DNA from: an uncultured Clostridia bacterium
Lineage (GTDB): Bacteria > Bacillota > Clostridia > TANB77 > CAG-465
NCBI GenBank assembly: GCA_934169925.1
Contig: CAKPOO010000004.1
Coordinates: forward strand, 65,604-129,603
Length of the DNA: 64,000 nucleotides
Direction of reading: 5' to 3'
Below, in pieces: positions 1 through 9,415 of the stretch. The stretch's first letter is position 1. Each line of letters opens with the position of its first letter. The translations under genes and the position numbers were made by a program. The notes under the pieces are model-generated. The model was not told where the DNA came from. It ran no database searches and was given only the letters and a program-made list of their open reading frames with translations.

Positions 1-903
1 CCTAAAATACCAGCACATAAACCTTCTATAAAAGTTTCGGCATTAAATATCTTTGAGATATCTTTTTTAGATGTCCCCATAGCTCTTAATATACCTATTT
101 CTTTTGTTCTTTCAAGTACAGAAATATATGTAATAATTGCAATCATAATACTTGAAACAACTATTGATATTGAAACAAAAGCAATAAGTACATAACTTAT
201 AATATTTACAATATTTGTAACTGAAGACATTAAAGTACCAACTAAATCTGAATATTCTATAACGTTATCTTCATTTCCATCATTTTTTTGTATTGTGTTA
301 TATTCTTCTATATAAGGATTAGAATCATCTATTACTTCACCATCTAGTAATTTTACTATTCTTGATGAATATTTTTTTGCTAATTCTGGATTATGTGTTA
401 CCATTACAATTAATTTATTTTTTGATATATTTTTTAATAAATCCATAATCTGAATACTAGTTTGTGTATCTAAAGCTCCTGTTGGTTTGGTTTTTTATTT
501 ATCTGTTTTCCAAGTCCAACATCTTCTAATGCTTTTATCGCTTTTTTCTTTTTTCATCTTTGGAATAACCAGAAATAGTAAGTGCCATTTCAACATTTGC
601 AAGTACAGTTTAATGTTGAATCAAATTGTAACTTTGAAACACAAAACCAACTGAGTAATTTCTATAATAATCCCAGTCACTATCCTTAAAATCTTTTGTA
701 GATTTACCATTTACAATTAAATCTCCTGATGAATATTTATCAAGACCTCCAATTATATTAAGTACGGTTGTTTTTCCAAACCCACTTTGACCAAGAATTG
801 ATACAAATTCAGAAATTCTAAATTTTAAATTTATACCTTTTAAAGCATGGATTTTTTCATTTCCAATAACATAATCTTTCTTTATATCTTTTAATTCAAT
901 CAT
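1..903 (-). pseudogene. Disrupted MacB/FtsE-like ABC transporter (ATP-binding domain fused to FtsX-like permease). The N-terminal 97-aa ATPase fragment stops early; the signature/Walker-B region is missing or frameshifted.
   Basis: ORF 610-903 has Walker A GQSGFGKTT and then terminates. Minus-strand translation of 350-600 continues in other frames: ...TGALDTQTSIQIMDLLKNISKNKLIVMVTHNPELAKKYSSRIV..., then a hydrophobic FtsX-like region to the window edge. No LSGGQ is present. Confidence 0.6.
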
Positions 904-1169
904 TAAATCACTTTCTTAAATAAATCTCAAAAGTAATCCTTAAGAGAGTTTTAATAATACAAAATAAAGTACGTCAAATTAGTAGAATTATACCATATAT
1001 TTTTACTAAAATGCAACTAAAATATTTTGACAAAAAAAGCTAAAAATAAGGAAAACTTGAATTCTTATGTAAAATATGTTAGAATTACATTGCAACATTT
1101 TTTTACTTTTAAAATAATCGCAATTTTAAAAGTACCGTACTCTAAATATAATTATAAGGAGGTTAAAAT

Positions 1170-1799
1170 ATGAAAAAACGTGTACACTACGCAGATTTAG
1201 AGAATATGAAAAAATATATCGATGATTTTGATCCTGACGAATATGAAAGCTGCACTGAAAAGACTGACCCTACTGTTGTAGATTATGTGCGTGACTACTA
1301 CGACAAGCATTTACCAATAGATGTAACTGCCTGGATGCGGGTAAACGAACCTAATGAAAATCTATTTTATGCCAAAGGCTTAGGAGAACAAATACGCTTT
1401 GTTCAAAATATTATTTGCAGCTTATTAATGCCAAATTATGAAGAAGCGATCGATAATCCACCTCTTGTAATTTCTACTCACTATTCAAAGTCTGTCAAGT
1501 TACCTGTTTTTCAAATTAATTTGAAAAAATATGGTATAGAAATAGTACTTCGTAATAATTTCTATGATTGGAAAATTTCAATAAAATCTGATAATCCTCT
1601 AGACTTTGATCACATGGGACTTTTTAATCCGGAAGAAGAAATCTCATATTTATTTTGTGAAGGATTTCCAAAAGATAAAGTTTATGGTTCATATAATCAG
1701 AATCATTCTAAGTTTACAATTGAGATTAGTAATCATTATAAATTATACACTTTCATGTTTTTACTCAAAAACTACTTAGGTATAAAAGAAGGTATTTAA
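1170..1799 (+). CDS. Hypothetical protein (209 aa). Locally higher GC than the flanks.
   Basis: Strong RBS aaggaggt at 1157-1164. Hairpin terminator immediately downstream. No recognisable motifs. Confidence 0.5.
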   Translation: MKKRVHYADLENMKKYIDDFDPDEYESCTEKTDPTVVDYVRDYYDKHLPIDVTAWMRVNEPNENLFYAKGLGEQIRFVQNIICSLLMPNYEEAIDNPPLVISTHYSKSVKLPVFQINLKKYGIEIVLRNNFYDWKISIKSDNPLDFDHMGLFNPEEEISYLFCEGFPKDKVYGSYNQNHSKFTIEISNHYKLYTFMFLLKNYLGIKEGI

Positions 1800-1811
1800 T
1801 ATTATTTATCT

Positions 1812-1850
1812 TATCACAGTTATTTATTATGATAACTGTGATATTTTTTA
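1812..1850 (+). terminator. Rho-independent terminator after ORF 1170-1799
   Basis: Inverted repeat tcacagttat...ataactgtga followed by a T-run. Confidence 0.55.
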
Positions 1851-1880
1851 TATTATTAAAATAAAAGCTTACTAAAGCAA

Positions 1881-1903
1881 AAAAAAACGAACCAAAAAGT
1901 TCG
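1881..1903 (-). terminator. Terminator downstream of tRNA-Leu
   Basis: cgaac/gttcg stem with an A-run on the plus strand (a U-tail on minus) just 3' of the tRNA. Confidence 0.5.
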
Positions 1904-1911
1904 TTTCTCAT

Positions 1912-2000
1912 TGGTGGGAGTGACCGGAATCGAACCGGTACGCCTTTTGACGGGCGCAGGATTTTAAGTCCTGTGCGTCTGCCAGTTCCGCCACACTCCC
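1912..2000 (-). tRNA. tRNA-Leu(UAA), type II tRNA with a long variable arm
   Basis: Reverse complement reads GGGAGTG...ACAGGACTTAAAATCCTG...GGTTCGATTCCGGTCACTCCCACCA. Cloverleaf is consistent: anticodon loop CUUAAAA, encoded CCA. Confidence 0.85.
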
Positions 2001-2141
2001 AACAGAGATTATTATAACAAAAATTTTTTAACTTGTCAATAAAAAATATATATTTTTTATTTTTATATTATAAATTTATATTCTAATATATAAAAAATAA
2101 ACTAAAAAATACAAAATGTACTCTCTAGTTTATAAATTAAT

Positions 2142-2489
2142 TTATTTCAAATTTCTTGCTATACCAAATATAATAAGTAGTAAAAAATATATAATAATAA
2201 GTATATTATTAATTTTTTTAAACTTTGTTTTTTCTATTTTTTTATTAAATAAAATTTCTAATAATAAAAACGGAATTGTTACAAAGATGAATTGATTTGC
2301 AAAAAAAGCTGACACAAAGTCTAATTTTATTATACTAAGTATCATTCTAGTTATACCACATCCAGGACATAATAATCCTGTCACTTTATAAAACATACAA
2401 GGAATTGATATTCCTGTAAAACAAACAAAAACATAATAAATTAAACCTAATATTAATATTTTTACATATATATTTATATTATTTAGCAT
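2142..2489 (-). CDS. DUF2752-family membrane protein (CPGCGxTR motif)
   Basis: LLCPGCGITR motif and four hydrophobic segments. Confidence 0.55.
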   Translation of the reverse strand: MLNNINIYVKILILGLIYYVFVCFTGISIPCMFYKVTGLLCPGCGITRMILSIIKLDFVSAFFANQFIFVTIPFLLLEILFNKKIEKTKFKKINNILIIIYFLLLIIFGIARNLK

Positions 2490-2824
2490 CTTTTATTGAT
2501 TGCATCTTGAGCAATACAGTAGTTTATTATTCCAAGTCCAAGTAAGTTAAGAACTAAAAATAATATTGATGAACTTCCATTTGGATTACCATTTATTTCA
2601 TCTGTTTTTTGACCTAGTTTATATGCCCAATAAAAAAAATAAATTCCACATGTCAAAAGAGAATATAAAAATGCTAAACCACCACTAGCAGTTTGATTTT
2701 CTGATACCAAACTATTTGTTTCATCAGTAATTTTAATAAACCAATAAATACCATAGATTCCACATGTTATGATAGAAAATACAATACAAAGTGCAATATT
2801 TCTATTAGTTGCCATATTTACCAC
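2483..2824 (-). CDS. DUF4234-family membrane protein
   Basis: Repeated CGIY..YW motif (TCGIYGIYWF and TCGIYFFYWAY). Confidence 0.55.
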   Translation of the reverse strand: MVNMATNRNIALCIVFSIITCGIYGIYWFIKITDETNSLVSENQTASGGLAFLYSLLTCGIYFFYWAYKLGQKTDEINGNPNGSSSILFLVLNLLGLGIINYCIAQDAINKRC

Positions 2825-2906
2825 TCCTCCTAAAATAGCACATAAAATGTACTTACACTTTTATTATACAGTATTTTAAAAAACAATCAATACATTTTTC
2901 ATTATT

Positions 2907-3632
2907 TTATAAATTAAATTCCAATTTATTAATATTTAATTTAACTTTTAAAATTCCAACAACATAAGGAGCAACTGTATATTCATTAAAATATATAATT
3001 AATTCATTTTCATTAAAAGAAAAAGTTGAATAAATATTAGGATCATTTTTAACTTTTTCTTTTATTTCTTTTTCTAAATTATATTTTTTTATCTTATCAT
3101 TATTTAATAAAGTATTTTCACACTCTGTTTTTAATACATTTAAATTATTATCACTTTTTATAATATCATCAATTGTAATAATTTTATTATCAGTTATACT
3201 ATAATTGATACAAAATAATTCAAGATTTGGATGCACTATTTGTTGTGAAATCTTTTTATAAAAAACACATGTAATATACTTCTTTTTATTTAAAGTTATT
3301 TCTTTACAATCGTACGTTATATCCATTTTTACTTTAGAATTATATTCACTTTTTTCTTTTATTAAATAAACTCTATTTTCTATATCACTTTTTATTTGAT
3401 TGTTTAATACATCATATTTAGTTTGTGGATAATAAATATTACAACTTATCTTTTCTTCATCTATAACTAATTTTTCCATTTTAAATTCTTCATTATTTTG
3501 ATAAACTTGTTTTACATTTTCAACATCATAACTTCTACTTACAAAGTATGTACATACTGAAAATACAAAAAAAATAAATAATGAAAAAATGTATTTATAT
3601 TTCATAACCTCACCCGTTAACATTATATTCAT
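2907..3632 (-). CDS. Membrane-anchored DUF3298/DUF4163-like protein (RsiV/PdaC C-terminal-like)
   Basis: N-terminal TM, then a C-terminal ...IIYFNEYTVAPYVVGILKVKL pattern typical of DUF3298. Confidence 0.4.
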   Translation of the reverse strand: MNIMLTGEVMKYKYIFSLFIFFVFSVCTYFVSRSYDVENVKQVYQNNEEFKMEKLVIDEEKISCNIYYPQTKYDVLNNQIKSDIENRVYLIKEKSEYNSKVKMDITYDCKEITLNKKKYITCVFYKKISQQIVHPNLELFCINYSITDNKIITIDDIIKSDNNLNVLKTECENTLLNNDKIKKYNLEKEIKEKVKNDPNIYSTFSFNENELIIYFNEYTVAPYVVGILKVKLNINKLEFNL

Positions 3633-3651
3633 TATTTATTTATATATTTTT

Positions 3652-4053
3652 TTATTCTTTAAATTCATACGAAAATTTGCTAAATTCTTCAGGCTTTAAA
3701 CTAACAAGTTTTCCATCTATATAGCAAATAACATCAATATCTTTACACATATCTATCATAAATTGTCTACAAATTCCACAAGGAATTAAAGTTTTATCTA
3801 TATCTTGTCCACATTTTCCACCAACAATAGCTATAGCTTTTAAATTTTTTTCACCATATGTTAAAGCATTATATATTGCAACTCTTTCTGCGCAAGATGA
3901 AAGTGTTGGCAGTGCTTTATCTTCAATATTAGCACCTAAATAAACATTTCCCTTGTCTGAAATTAAAGCAGCTCCTACACTATAATTAGAAATACCTACT
4001 ACAGCATTCTTTCTTGCATTTTTTGCTATATTTATAAGTTCAATATTTGTCAT
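3652..4053 (-). CDS. cdd: Cytidine deaminase
   Basis: Zinc-binding motifs CAERVA and PCGICRQ; 133 aa. Confidence 0.92.
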   Translation of the reverse strand: MTNIELINIAKNARKNAVVGISNYSVGAALISDKGNVYLGANIEDKALPTLSSCAERVAIYNALTYGEKNLKAIAIVGGKCGQDIDKTLIPCGICRQFMIDMCKDIDVICYIDGKLVSLKPEEFSKFSYEFKE

Positions 4054-4063
4054 ATAATCCTCC

Positions 4064-4852
4064 TTAAAATAAATTATTTAAAAAAGTAACCATACTTGGT
4101 CCAACTAAAACTAATTGATATACTATTAAGACAACTAAAATTCCAAGAGCAGCGCTAAGTAGTAAATATGCAAAACTTTGAGAATCATTTTCTCTTTTTA
4201 ATTCAAATACCATTAAACTTATAAGTAAAGTAACACCACCAACAAATAAATTTTTAGTTATTAAATATAAATAAACTGTACATGCAAAGCTTATGGCAAC
4301 TCTTGCACTAGGATATGCCTTTGAATATTTATGATGTTTTCCAAGAACTCCTTTTAATATTACAGCAAGAACAATTATTGCAAATAAAATTGTAAATAAT
4401 ATATGTAACTTTGATTCTAAAATTGATGAAATTATTGAGGTTGTTGCAAATCTAATTTTATCGACAAATAAAAAATAAGCAACAGCAACTGAAACAAAAG
4501 ATGCAATTAAAACTCCACCTGCAGCTATATCCTTTGCCGCTTTTGCTCTATCATCATATTTATCTGTAATTAAATCAACAATATACTCAACTGTTGAATT
4601 AATCATTTCAGCAAAAATAACAAAACCGATTGTAAGGCAAATGCAAGCAAATTCTGTTTTAGTAAAATCAAAAAATAAACTAAATATTAAAACAGCAAGA
4701 CCAATTATATAATCGATTCTTAGATTTCTTTCTGTTTTGAAAGCTTTTATTACTCCATCTAGTGCATGTCCAAAAGCAGTTGCAAAATTTTTATTTTTAC
4801 CTTTTAATACTTTATTTTCATTAGTATCTTTACTTTTATCATTATCTTTCAT
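4064..4852 (-). CDS. dgkA: Diacylglycerol/undecaprenol kinase DgkA domain fused to an extra ~130-aa C-terminal 4-TM domain
   Basis: Residues ~30-135 align to DgkA (ERNLRI...AEMINSTVEYIVDL...AKDIAAGGVL). A C-terminal extension carries KYSKAYPSARVA, a degenerate PAP2-like motif. Confidence 0.8.
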   Translation of the reverse strand: MKDNDKSKDTNENKVLKGKNKNFATAFGHALDGVIKAFKTERNLRIDYIIGLAVLIFSLFFDFTKTEFACICLTIGFVIFAEMINSTVEYIVDLITDKYDDRAKAAKDIAAGGVLIASFVSVAVAYFLFVDKIRFATTSIISSILESKLHILFTILFAIIVLAVILKGVLGKHHKYSKAYPSARVAISFACTVYLYLITKNLFVGGVTLLISLMVFELKRENDSQSFAYLLLSAALGILVVLIVYQLVLVGPSMVTFLNNLF

Positions 4853-4854
4853 AA

Positions 4855-5367
4855 TTATTTTACTCCTATTTTTGATAATACTTTTTCTTCAACAGCTCTC
4901 ATTTTTACTTTGTCAGATTCTATTATATGATCATGACCTACTAAATGACAAACACCATGAGTTATCATATATAAAACTTCTCTTAATAAACCTGTTTGAT
5001 ATTCAATAGAATGTTCTTTTACAACATCTAAGCATAAAATTATATCTCCAAGTTCTACTTCTTTTATTTTTTTATCTTCATCTTGGACATCAGATAACTT
5101 TCTTAATTCTTCTTTTTCGAATATAGGGAAAGATAAAACATCAGTCTTTTTATCTATTCCTCTATATTCTTTATTTATTTTTCTTATATTTTCAGCATCA
5201 GTACAATCAATAGAAATAAAAACATTTTCAAAATTTAAATTTTCTTCTTCTAAAACAAATTTTACAATATTGTTTATTGATTCTTTTAAATCAATTTTTA
5301 AATCTAATTTTTCAGAATTTACAAAATCTATAATTTCATCATTTAAATCAACTTGTATATTACTCAT
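4855..5367 (-). CDS. ybeY: rRNA maturation endoribonuclease YbeY
   Basis: HGVCHLVGHDH metal-binding motif. Confidence 0.9.
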   Translation of the reverse strand: MSNIQVDLNDEIIDFVNSEKLDLKIDLKESINNIVKFVLEEENLNFENVFISIDCTDAENIRKINKEYRGIDKKTDVLSFPIFEKEELRKLSDVQDEDKKIKEVELGDIILCLDVVKEHSIEYQTGLLREVLYMITHGVCHLVGHDHIIESDKVKMRAVEEKVLSKIGVK

Positions 5368-5380
5368 TTTTTCTCCTTTT

Positions 5381-6616
5381 TTAATTACTATTATTTTCTT
5401 CTCTTTTTAGTAAATAATCCACATTTTCATCAGCTTCAACAAATCTACCGATGTTTTCTTCCACATTATACACAGTATGATAAATAATTTTTTCATCATC
5501 AACTTCTTTTGTGTATTGTTTTTTTAGTAAAACTCCATTTTCACAATTTTCATTAATGATTTTTTCTATTAAATTATTGGATTCTTTTTCATACTGAGCA
5601 AATATTTCATCTTCAGTTTTAATAACATTTTTTTCAACATACTCTTTACATTTATATGTATTAAATTGTAGTATAAATTTAAAAATATGGATTTTTTTCT
5701 CGCTTTTAGTTATATCATATTTATATAATTTATTCAAACTATTAATAATATTTTTATCATCTGTACCAAAATTAAACCTATACTTTGTTTTATTTGTATA
5801 TTCTTTCTCTATATCATTAAAATAATAAACAAGATCAAAATTATATTCACAATTTGCTCTTACAATTCCTTTTGCTGTAACTTTTTTATTTTCAATATAC
5901 TTATTATATATTGCTCCTTCTATCAAAACAGAATCTTTTTGAATATAGCTTCCTTCTTTATATATAGCAGTTCCATTTGAAGGAATAATTCTTGTTAATA
6001 TACCAGATTTAGTAGCTACTATATTACCAATTTTAGTATCTTGAATTTCATCTTCGTCTAATCTTGTCTTTTCAACTATAGTTAATATTGCCTTAGTACC
6101 ATCAAAATCAAGACCTGCCCACGTTATATCCTGCTCTACAATCCTCATATTATTGATAACTTTTTTCTTGTCGATATTTAATCTAAATTTTCCTATATAT
6201 ACACCACTATCTTTTAAATCTTTTATAATCTTTTCTTTCTGCAAATAAGTATTACCACAAACTTCAATTTTCCATATAAAACAAGATGAAGTTATCATTA
6301 AAGCAATTAGTAATAACGCTAAAATCAAAATTATCTTTCTTTTTTTATACTTAGTAATTCTAAAATATATTCCACTTTTTTTCTTAATTTTAACTTTACA
6401 TTTTGTTTTTCTAGCAATCTTTCTTAATTTTTTAAAATCTTTTATTAAAATTTCAAATCTAACTACACCTGGAACAATATTTCTAATCTTAGTAATTTGA
6501 ATATTATTTATTCTACACAAATTAATGAATCTTTCTGTAAAAAATCCTTCTATTTGAACTTCTAAGTAACCATATTTATACTTTGCTTTATTTATTATAT
6601 CCATTTTAATCTCCAT
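5381..6616 (-). CDS. yqfD: Sporulation protein YqfD
   Basis: Size and N-terminus match YqfD; sits downstream of yqfC as in Bacillus. Confidence 0.8.
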   Translation of the reverse strand: MEIKMDIINKAKYKYGYLEVQIEGFFTERFINLCRINNIQITKIRNIVPGVVRFEILIKDFKKLRKIARKTKCKVKIKKKSGIYFRITKYKKRKIILILALLLIALMITSSCFIWKIEVCGNTYLQKEKIIKDLKDSGVYIGKFRLNIDKKKVINNMRIVEQDITWAGLDFDGTKAILTIVEKTRLDEDEIQDTKIGNIVATKSGILTRIIPSNGTAIYKEGSYIQKDSVLIEGAIYNKYIENKKVTAKGIVRANCEYNFDLVYYFNDIEKEYTNKTKYRFNFGTDDKNIINSLNKLYKYDITKSEKKIHIFKFILQFNTYKCKEYVEKNVIKTEDEIFAQYEKESNNLIEKIINENCENGVLLKKQYTKEVDDEKIIYHTVYNVEENIGRFVEADENVDYLLKREENNSN

Positions 6617-6947
6617 TATATACTTGATAACTTACGTTATCTATTATTCCATCTATAACAAGCTCATCATCTGTCATTTCTTTTAAATCTAAATTTTTAC
6701 CATCTATACTAATATATAACTTATTTGCTTTAATTTTTATATAATTATCAAAATATTCTACTATTGATTTATATCCTTCTACAAATATTGAACTATTTCC
6801 AATCATAGTAATTTTACTATAACCTAAAGTTAATTCTTTTGGTAATTCTAAAAAGTCTGATATTTTTTCTTTTTTGGAGCATATTCTTGATTCAATTTTA
6901 AATTTTTTATTTAACTCTTTTATAATATTCTTACTTTTTTTAATCAT
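6606..6947 (-). CDS. yqfC: Sporulation protein YqfC (YabP family)
   Basis: YabP-family size and pattern; overlaps the yqfD start. Confidence 0.75.
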   Translation of the reverse strand: MIKKSKNIIKELNKKFKIESRICSKKEKISDFLELPKELTLGYSKITMIGNSSIFVEGYKSIVEYFDNYIKIKANKLYISIDGKNLDLKEMTDDELVIDGIIDNVSYQVYNGD

Positions 6948-7044
6948 ACAAACACCTATTATAATATATAAGTTTATTACCTAAAATATGTACAAGAATG
7001 TCGAATTTTGTAAATAAATCAACCTATTTTTTTGTTTTTATTTG

Positions 7045-7073
7045 TTGACTTTTATAACTCTTTGTAGTATATT
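7045..7073 (+). promoter_or_regulatory. Sigma-A-like promoter for the LytTR regulator
   Basis: TTGACT, 17 nt, TATATT. Confidence 0.4.
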
Positions 7074-7089
7074 TTTCTTAGTGATTTTT

Positions 7090-7785
7090 ATGGAAATAAA
7101 CGAGAATTATATTGTAAAAATTGGAATGTGTGATGATAATTTAAATATATTAAACCTTACTTCAAAAATGCTAGAATCATCAATTATTGAAAATGATTTT
7201 AATGCAGAAATAGTTGAAGTTACAGATGATCAAAATAAAATTTTCGAATTAGTTAAAAATAAAAAAATCGATATTTTATTCTTAGATGTAGATTTTAAAA
7301 ACCATGGTCAAAATGGTATAGAATTTGCAAAGAAATTAAGGGAATATAATAAAGATTTTTTTATTATTTATTTAACAGCCCATCAAAGATATATGCATAT
7401 ATCATTTTATGTAAAAGTATTCGATTATTTGATAAAACCTATATCACGAGAAGTTTTAGATGATATTGTACTTAGACTAAAAAATGAATTTGAATTTAAT
7501 GATTGTGTTTTTTTACATCTTAATAAATGGCTTGCTTTAAGAACTGAAGATATTGTATACATTGAAAGAATTCAAAATAAATCTTTAATTTACACTAATG
7601 ATATTTCTTATGCAACATATTTAAATCTAGAAAACTTACTAGATAAACTACCCAGAAATTTTGTTAAGTCTCATAGATCATACATTGTAAATACCAATAA
7701 AATTAAAAGTATTGATAAAAAAGATAAAATGATACTTTTTGAAAATAAACTCACTTGTCCAATGAACTCACATTTTAATATTTAA
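7090..7785 (+). CDS. LytTR-family response regulator (AgrA-like)
   Basis: REC domain (IVKIGMCDD...ILFLDVDF) plus a C-terminal LytTR domain. Likely start is MEINENY; the annotated ORF start at 7042 lies upstream of the predicted promoter. Confidence 0.85.
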   Translation: MEINENYIVKIGMCDDNLNILNLTSKMLESSIIENDFNAEIVEVTDDQNKIFELVKNKKIDILFLDVDFKNHGQNGIEFAKKLREYNKDFFIIYLTAHQRYMHISFYVKVFDYLIKPISREVLDDIVLRLKNEFEFNDCVFLHLNKWLALRTEDIVYIERIQNKSLIYTNDISYATYLNLENLLDKLPRNFVKSHRSYIVNTNKIKSIDKKDKMILFENKLTCPMNSHFNI

Positions 7786-7796
7786 GGAGTTAATTT

Positions 7797-9161
7797 ATGA
7801 CCAGCGTTATTACAAATATTTTTAGTTATTTAATTCAATCGATTGTGAATACACATTTCTTTTTAATTGTTTCAAAAAAAGTTTACAAAAATTATGAAAA
7901 TAAACATTATACAAATAAACAAAGAATAATATTTTTCATTTGTATTATTTTTTCTACTAGTTTACTAAGTACAATTTATAATTTAAATATCCAAGTTTTA
8001 TTACCCTTTAGAGGTGTTTTAATGATAGCATTGACTACTTTAATCTGTAAATTTACATTAGATATAAAGTTAGGATTATCAATAATATTAAGTATATTAT
8101 CTGCTATTTTCTCAGCTATAATTGAAATGTTTTCTACAATATTTTGTACTGCTATTTTAAGAATGGATGTTAATTTTTTACTAACAACATCTATAGGAAA
8201 ATTGTCAATTATGTCTGTTTATGGAATTTTTTCAATGTTATTAATTTTATTAATACAAAAGAAATTAAAGAATTTAAAACTTGATTCATTTACAAATAAA
8301 TTATCATTAAAAAATTTAGTAATTTTTACTATTAGTTTAGTTTTTTATGTATTTCCCCAAATGTTTTTATTTGTTAGTAATAAATATGAATATCCAATAG
8401 CATTTTTAATACTTAATATGATACAATTTCTACTAATAAATGTATTTTTACTTATATATTTAAATAAAGAACTAAAATATCAAAAATATAAATCAGATTT
8501 ATTTACATCTGAAGTTCATAATAAAGCTTTAATTGGTATGATTGATGGAGTTAGAACTTTAAAACATGATTATAATAATATTATCCAATCTTTAAACGGA
8601 TATGTTTTAACTAAACAATATGATAAATTAGAAGAATATGTAAATTCTTTACTTAACGAATGTAATTCTATTAATAACATTGCAAATTTAGATCAAAATA
8701 TATTTAATGATCCTGCAATATATGGTGTAGTTGGTTCAAAATACTTTTTGGCAACTGAAAAAAACATTAAATTTGACTTTGATATTTCAATAGATATATC
8801 AAGTATTTGCTTTTCTATGCCAGATTTATCTAGAATATTAGGAATTATTTTAGATAATGCTATTGAAGCTACTTTAAAAACAAATAAAAAATATATCAGA
8901 TTACAAATGTCTTATGATACTAGAAAAAATGCTGATGTTATCAAGGTATTCAACACATATGATAATTCTATCCAAATAGATTTAAATGAAATATACAAAA
9001 AAGGTGTATCTTCTAAAAAGATTAAATCAGGTATTGGTTTATGGGAAGTTAAAAAATTAATTTCAAAATCAAATAATTCACAAATTTATGCTACAATAGA
9101 AAAAAATAAATTTGTTCAAAATATAATTATTGAAAAAACAGATGCAAAAAATAAGAAGTGA
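7797..9161 (+). CDS. AgrC/LytS-type sensor histidine kinase (GHKL, HPK10-like)
   Basis: Six to seven N-terminal TM segments, a C-terminal ATPase domain, and adjacency to the LytTR regulator. Confidence 0.85.
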   Translation: MTSVITNIFSYLIQSIVNTHFFLIVSKKVYKNYENKHYTNKQRIIFFICIIFSTSLLSTIYNLNIQVLLPFRGVLMIALTTLICKFTLDIKLGLSIILSILSAIFSAIIEMFSTIFCTAILRMDVNFLLTTSIGKLSIMSVYGIFSMLLILLIQKKLKNLKLDSFTNKLSLKNLVIFTISLVFYVFPQMFLFVSNKYEYPIAFLILNMIQFLLINVFLLIYLNKELKYQKYKSDLFTSEVHNKALIGMIDGVRTLKHDYNNIIQSLNGYVLTKQYDKLEEYVNSLLNECNSINNIANLDQNIFNDPAIYGVVGSKYFLATEKNIKFDFDISIDISSICFSMPDLSRILGIILDNAIEATLKTNKKYIRLQMSYDTRKNADVIKVFNTYDNSIQIDLNEIYKKGVSSKKIKSGIGLWEVKKLISKSNNSQIYATIEKNKFVQNIIIEKTDAKNKK

Positions 9162-9182
9162 TTTTATTTCACTTCTTATTTT
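9151..9182. terminator. Bidirectional hairpin terminator between the kinase and agrD
   Basis: aagaagtga...tcacttctt, flanked by an A-run and a T-run. Confidence 0.6.
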
Positions 9183-9196
9183 TTATTCTTAAAACA

Positions 9197-9310
9197 TTAT
9201 TTTTCAATTAATGTTCTAGGCATTTTTGGTTGATGAAATAACCAATAAACGCAAGCTGTTGTTGAATTTTTTGCATACCCTTCTACTAATTTTTTTAATA
9301 ATTTTTTCAT
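9197..9310 (-). CDS. agrD: AgrD autoinducing-peptide precursor (37 aa): MKKLLKKLVEGYAKNSTTACVYWLFHQPKMPRTLIEK
   Basis: Clostridial AgrD pattern: amphipathic leader, Cys-containing core CVYWLF, charged HQPKMP tail. RBS GGGGG sits 8 nt upstream. Not in the ORF track because it is under 60 aa. Confidence 0.75.
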   Translation of the reverse strand: MKKLLKKLVEGYAKNSTTACVYWLFHQPKMPRTLIEK

Positions 9311-9415
9311 ACTCTTTTCCCCCTTTATTCTTTCTAATCATACTAATTACTAAATGACGCTAATTAGTAAACTAAAAATATGTATGATTTATTTATATAA
9401 AAAGCTTATAGCTTA

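Noticed and set aside
4737-5009. ORF antisense to the dgkA/ybeY junction
   Set aside because: Overlaps two well-supported genes on the opposite strand; hydrophobic, low-complexity translation.
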